A DNA stretch of 64,000 nt, taken from contig CAYOAT010000003.1 of the NCBI GenBank assembly GCA_964402215.1, positions 29,167 to 93,166 of the forward strand, given 5' to 3'. A program made the translations under genes and the position numbers. The notes below the pieces were generated by a model. The model worked only from the letters and a program-made list of their open reading frames with translations, ran no database searches and was not told the DNA's origin. Source of the DNA: an uncultured Candidatus Saccharibacteria bacterium. Lineage in GTDB: Bacteria; Patescibacteriota; Minisyncoccia; Phycocordibacterales; JAACPR01. This document shows, in pieces, positions 60,894-64,000 of this stretch. Within the stretch, counting starts at the first letter, position 1, and each line of letters opens with the position of its first letter.

Positions 60894-61943
60894 ATGAAAT
60901 CACCAGAATATATTGTGCACGGAACTAGTTCTGAGGTAGATGCCGGAAAAATAGAGCAAGAAAAGTTTAAAGCACAAGAAGGTCGGGCCACCATATCGAG
61001 TGATCTCATATATGCATTTGAATGGGCCACCCAAAAAGAACGTCGCGATGGAAGTAAAAGTGAAACAGAAGTTTCTAATAATGAAAGCGGTCGAATTATT
61101 ATTATGGAAAAACCGGATAATAAATCAATTAATTATGCTACTCACACTGATATTGAAATTAATGAGCAAGAAAAAGAAATTGTTGGTTATACATCAAAAT
61201 ATGAATCTGGCAGAAAACAACTGGCCATTTATAACGGTGACGACCCAATAGAAAGAAAAAAACAAATTGAACAAGCAAAGGATGAGCTAAAAAATATTGG
61301 TGAGCAGATGAAAAGTTTTTTAGAGGGAAATGATCTTGATCCAAGTAAAATTGATTCAATGGAACATTTATTAATTGCCATTAAAGCTTTTGATCTAGAT
61401 AAACAAATTAAAATTTTACGTGGAGTGGAGGAGCTGGCGTTGCAAATTGAGAACAAAAGGAAGACCGCTGAAATTGATATTTCAATTGAAAAAGAAAACA
61501 TTTTGATGAGTATTGTTGCTTCGGTAGAACTTGGTGAAAAATTAAGAGATTTATCGTCCAAAATCAAGAATCTAGAAAAAGTAGATTTGGATTTTTTTGC
61601 GGAACAAGTATCAAAAATTGTTAGGGAAAATAAAGATAATTATTTATCGAAGAATATTGATATTAAAAGTATTATTTCAGAATTATTAAAATCAACGATT
61701 GAAACTGAAATTATAAGCATGATGAGATCTCTGTCTTTAGATGTCCAGAGAGCAAGAGGTTTTTCCGTTTATAACAGAGAACGTAATGAAATTAAAGAGA
61801 AAGAAGTTAATAGAAATGAATTAAAACAAAGACTAGAAAAAATCAGAACAACTGTTTTTGATAATAATTTTGATACAGGCTTGGAAAGTATAAATAGATA
61901 TATACGAATTAATATTGAAAAACTAATAAAAGAATTAGAATAA
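60894..61943 (+). CDS. Hypothetical protein
   Basis: 349 aa charged ORF; N-terminal VHGTS motif weakly recalls ADP-ribosyltransferase folds. Confidence 0.65.
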   Translation: MKSPEYIVHGTSSEVDAGKIEQEKFKAQEGRATISSDLIYAFEWATQKERRDGSKSETEVSNNESGRIIIMEKPDNKSINYATHTDIEINEQEKEIVGYTSKYESGRKQLAIYNGDDPIERKKQIEQAKDELKNIGEQMKSFLEGNDLDPSKIDSMEHLLIAIKAFDLDKQIKILRGVEELALQIENKRKTAEIDISIEKENILMSIVASVELGEKLRDLSSKIKNLEKVDLDFFAEQVSKIVRENKDNYLSKNIDIKSIISELLKSTIETEIISMMRSLSLDVQRARGFSVYNRERNEIKEKEVNRNELKQRLEKIRTTVFDNNFDTGLESINRYIRINIEKLIKELE

Positions 61944-61967
61944 AAGTTATTCTACGGATAGTGTATT

Positions 61968-62207
61968 CTAAAAATCTTCTAAATTTTCGTATTTGCTTTC
62001 GACAAGTTTTTTTACATCCTCAGCTTTTTGAATATCGTTGCGTGCTTCGGTTATAGTTGGTGTTCCTGTTTGTATGTCAAAATTATTATTTTCTGTATTA
62101 TGTATTTTTTGAGTTTTGTTTGAATATAAATAAAACCACATTGCAATTATTACCATAGTAATTAGGAGTCCGATCAATGTTAAGAATCCACTGGATTTAT
62201 TTTTCAT
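61968..62207 (-). CDS. Small pilin-like membrane protein
   Basis: KNKSSGFLTLIGLLITMVII resembles a class III signal lacking E5. Confidence 0.55.
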   Translation of the reverse strand: MKNKSSGFLTLIGLLITMVIIAMWFYLYSNKTQKIHNTENNNFDIQTGTPTITEARNDIQKAEDVKKLVESKYENLEDF

Positions 62208-62393
62208 AATCTAATTATTTCGAAGTATCAATGAAATGGCAAATTAATTATATAAATGAATGTGGAAATAAAGAATTAAAGCCAAAAATTTGTCTGTTGA
62301 TCAATCACAAATAATGTGATAATCTCCTGTTTGGAAATAGTAAGCAAAACGGCTTATTATGTGTTATTTGGCACAAAATAAAAGGAAATGTAC

Positions 62394-62582
62394 ATGAAAA
62401 AACCGTGGGTATCAGTTCTAATCGGATCGGTTTTGTTGTTTGTTATCGCATTGCTTTATTTGTCGCCTAAAAATGGATGATTTGTGACTAAGTCTGTGAA
62501 GCCAGAATTGGTTCATCAGATGACACATATTCCGACCACTGGTTCAGATGACGATTCGGTGGTAAAGGCTAAACTTTTCTAG
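62394..62582 (+). pseudogene. Small membrane-anchored ORF interrupted by TGA
   Basis: MKKPWVSVLIGSVLLFVIALLYLSPKNG*FVTKSV...KLF*; AAGGA RBS; terminator after the second stop. Confidence 0.4.
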
Positions 62583-62647
62583 ACGAACAGGGCCATGATG
62601 AAGAAATTCACCATGGTTTTTTTATTATTTATTTAGTAATCAAAATA

Positions 62648-63529
62648 TTAGAAATTAGCAACTAATTTTTCAGCTGGTTTAATTTTATTTTGCTCGATCC
62701 AAATAATTTTTTTGTCTTTTTTAAACCAAGTCATTTGACGTTTCGCATACTGATAAATTTTGTTTTTCAGTTCCTCAACCATTTCTTTGCGAGAAAGTTT
62801 ATTTTGCAAAAATAGAGAGATATATCTGTATTCAAGCCCTAACATTTCTAATCTTTTCCAAGAAAGACCATTTTCATGTAAATCGGAAACCTCTTTTATT
62901 AAACCTTTTTTAATTCGCGTAATGAGACGTTTTTCAATTCTTTCTTCTAATTTTTCCTTTGGCCAAGAAAGTCCAATTAGTAAACAGTCATATTTTGGGG
63001 CAGAAATAATTTCTGGTACTTTACCAATAGCAGTAGCGATTTCGATTGCTCGGATCAATCGAACTTTATTATTTACATCAATTTCAGCAAATCTTTTCTC
63101 ATCTAATTTCTTCAAAATGTTTTGTAACCAAACTAAATCAAGTTTTTCTAGTTTTTTTCTCAAGACTTTATTTTCTGGAACTTCCGGTAAAATAATTCCG
63201 TGAACAACAGATTGAATGTAAAATCCTGTTCCACCACAAATGATGGGTAATTTTTTGCGAGACAAAATCTCCGCAATTTTTTTCTCAGTTAATTTTTTAT
63301 AATCAGAAACAGAAAAAACTTTTTTTGGAGAAACTACGTCCAATAAATAATGGGGAATATCACACATTTCTTTTTTGGTAATTTTTCCACTTCCGATATC
63401 AAGTCCTTTATAGACTTGTCTTGAGTCAGCAGAAATGATCTCGCCATTAAATTTTTTTGCGAGCAAAACCGCTAAATCACTTTTACCGCTAGAAGTTGGG
63501 CCCAAAATAACAACAATTTTAGGTTTCAT
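62648..63529 (-). CDS. miaA: tRNA dimethylallyltransferase
   Basis: GPTSSGKS, ADSRQVY, GGTGFY, YAKRQMTWF; true start MKPKIV. Confidence 0.96.
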   Translation of the reverse strand: MKPKIVVILGPTSSGKSDLAVLLAKKFNGEIISADSRQVYKGLDIGSGKITKKEMCDIPHYLLDVVSPKKVFSVSDYKKLTEKKIAEILSRKKLPIICGGTGFYIQSVVHGIILPEVPENKVLRKKLEKLDLVWLQNILKKLDEKRFAEIDVNNKVRLIRAIEIATAIGKVPEIISAPKYDCLLIGLSWPKEKLEERIEKRLITRIKKGLIKEVSDLHENGLSWKRLEMLGLEYRYISLFLQNKLSRKEMVEELKNKIYQYAKRQMTWFKKDKKIIWIEQNKIKPAEKLVANF

Positions 63530-63535
63530 AATTTG

Positions 63536-63618
63536 TGCCGAGAGAGGGACTCGAACCCTCACACCCAGAGGATACACGATTTTGAGTCGTGTGCGTCTAC
63601 CAATTCCGCCATCCCGGC
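63536..63618 (-). tRNA. tRNA-Leu(CAA)
   Basis: CACGA-CTCAAAA-TCGTG anticodon arm, variable arm. Confidence 0.93.
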
Positions 63619-63718
63619 ATGTTATCGCCAAAGTATTTACTATGCGAATAACACACAGCTTAATACTTTTTTTCGCTTTAATCAATTGACGAAGAGTGTT
63701 AAAATAAAAAACAAATTT

Positions 63719-64000
63719 ATGGAACCAGAGAACCCGCACGAAAAATCAGCTTTTCAAAATAACGCAGTTTTCTTTATTGAAGTTGATAAAGTTCATCCAA
63801 ACCCATATCAGCCAAGAAAAGAGTTTGATGTTGCACGTTTAAATGATTTGGCGAGCTCTATTAGAATGTATGGTGTTTTGCAACCGCTTGTTGTTACCAG
63901 AAAGGAAGTTATAAAAGAAGATGGCGGTATTACTACTGAATATGAATTGATTGCGGGCGAAAGACGTTTGCGGGCTTCAAAAATTGCCGGACTTCGTGAA
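63719..64000 (+). CDS. parB: ParB/Spo0J partition protein (runs off the window)
   Basis: PNPYQPRKEF, GVLQPLVV, LIAGERRLRA. Confidence 0.93.
   Translation, partial: MEPENPHEKSAFQNNAVFFIEVDKVHPNPYQPRKEFDVARLNDLASSIRMYGVLQPLVVTRKEVIKEDGGITTEYELIAGERRLRASKIAGLRE

Noticed and set aside
63530-63739. N-terminal extension of MiaA in the ORF track
   Set aside because: It reads through tRNA-Leu; the true start is ATG at 63529.

Overview
AT-rich chromosomal window, most likely from a Patescibacteria (CPR, Parcubacteria-like) genome using genetic code 11. The lineage call is an inference from the streamlined PheS/PheT, the type IV pilus locus, several large pilins and many orphan genes. Positions 18.5-64 kb are mostly housekeeping: smpB, ftsH, recG, comF, pilM/N/O/B/T/C, gatB, rpiB-rpe-tkt-pfkB-fba, ribosomal and translation genes, pheST, gyrB, miaA, parB and five tRNAs. 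Positions 1-18 kb are accessory. Main finding: an integron-like array next to the 3' end of the tmRNA gene (about 9.95-17.98 kb). Seven direct copies of a repeat (about 130-145 bp, the most distal truncated) plus one half copy separate cassettes of 1-3 mostly membrane or secreted genes. Each copy starts with a degenerate mimic of the tmRNA 3' end, carries a decaying 37-codon frame (VDIVRNTWNQIEIWVF...) and most end in a promoter-like motif. No recombinase is visible in the window. Other notable items: an intact-looking NlpC/P60 peptidase domain inserted inside PheT, a pilin family with swapped C-terminal domains, a tRNA-Ile(UAU), six of six tRNA-like genes ending N-CA, and a class of self-contained single-gene modules with a boxA-like leader. 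Everything was read by eye; no database searches were run.
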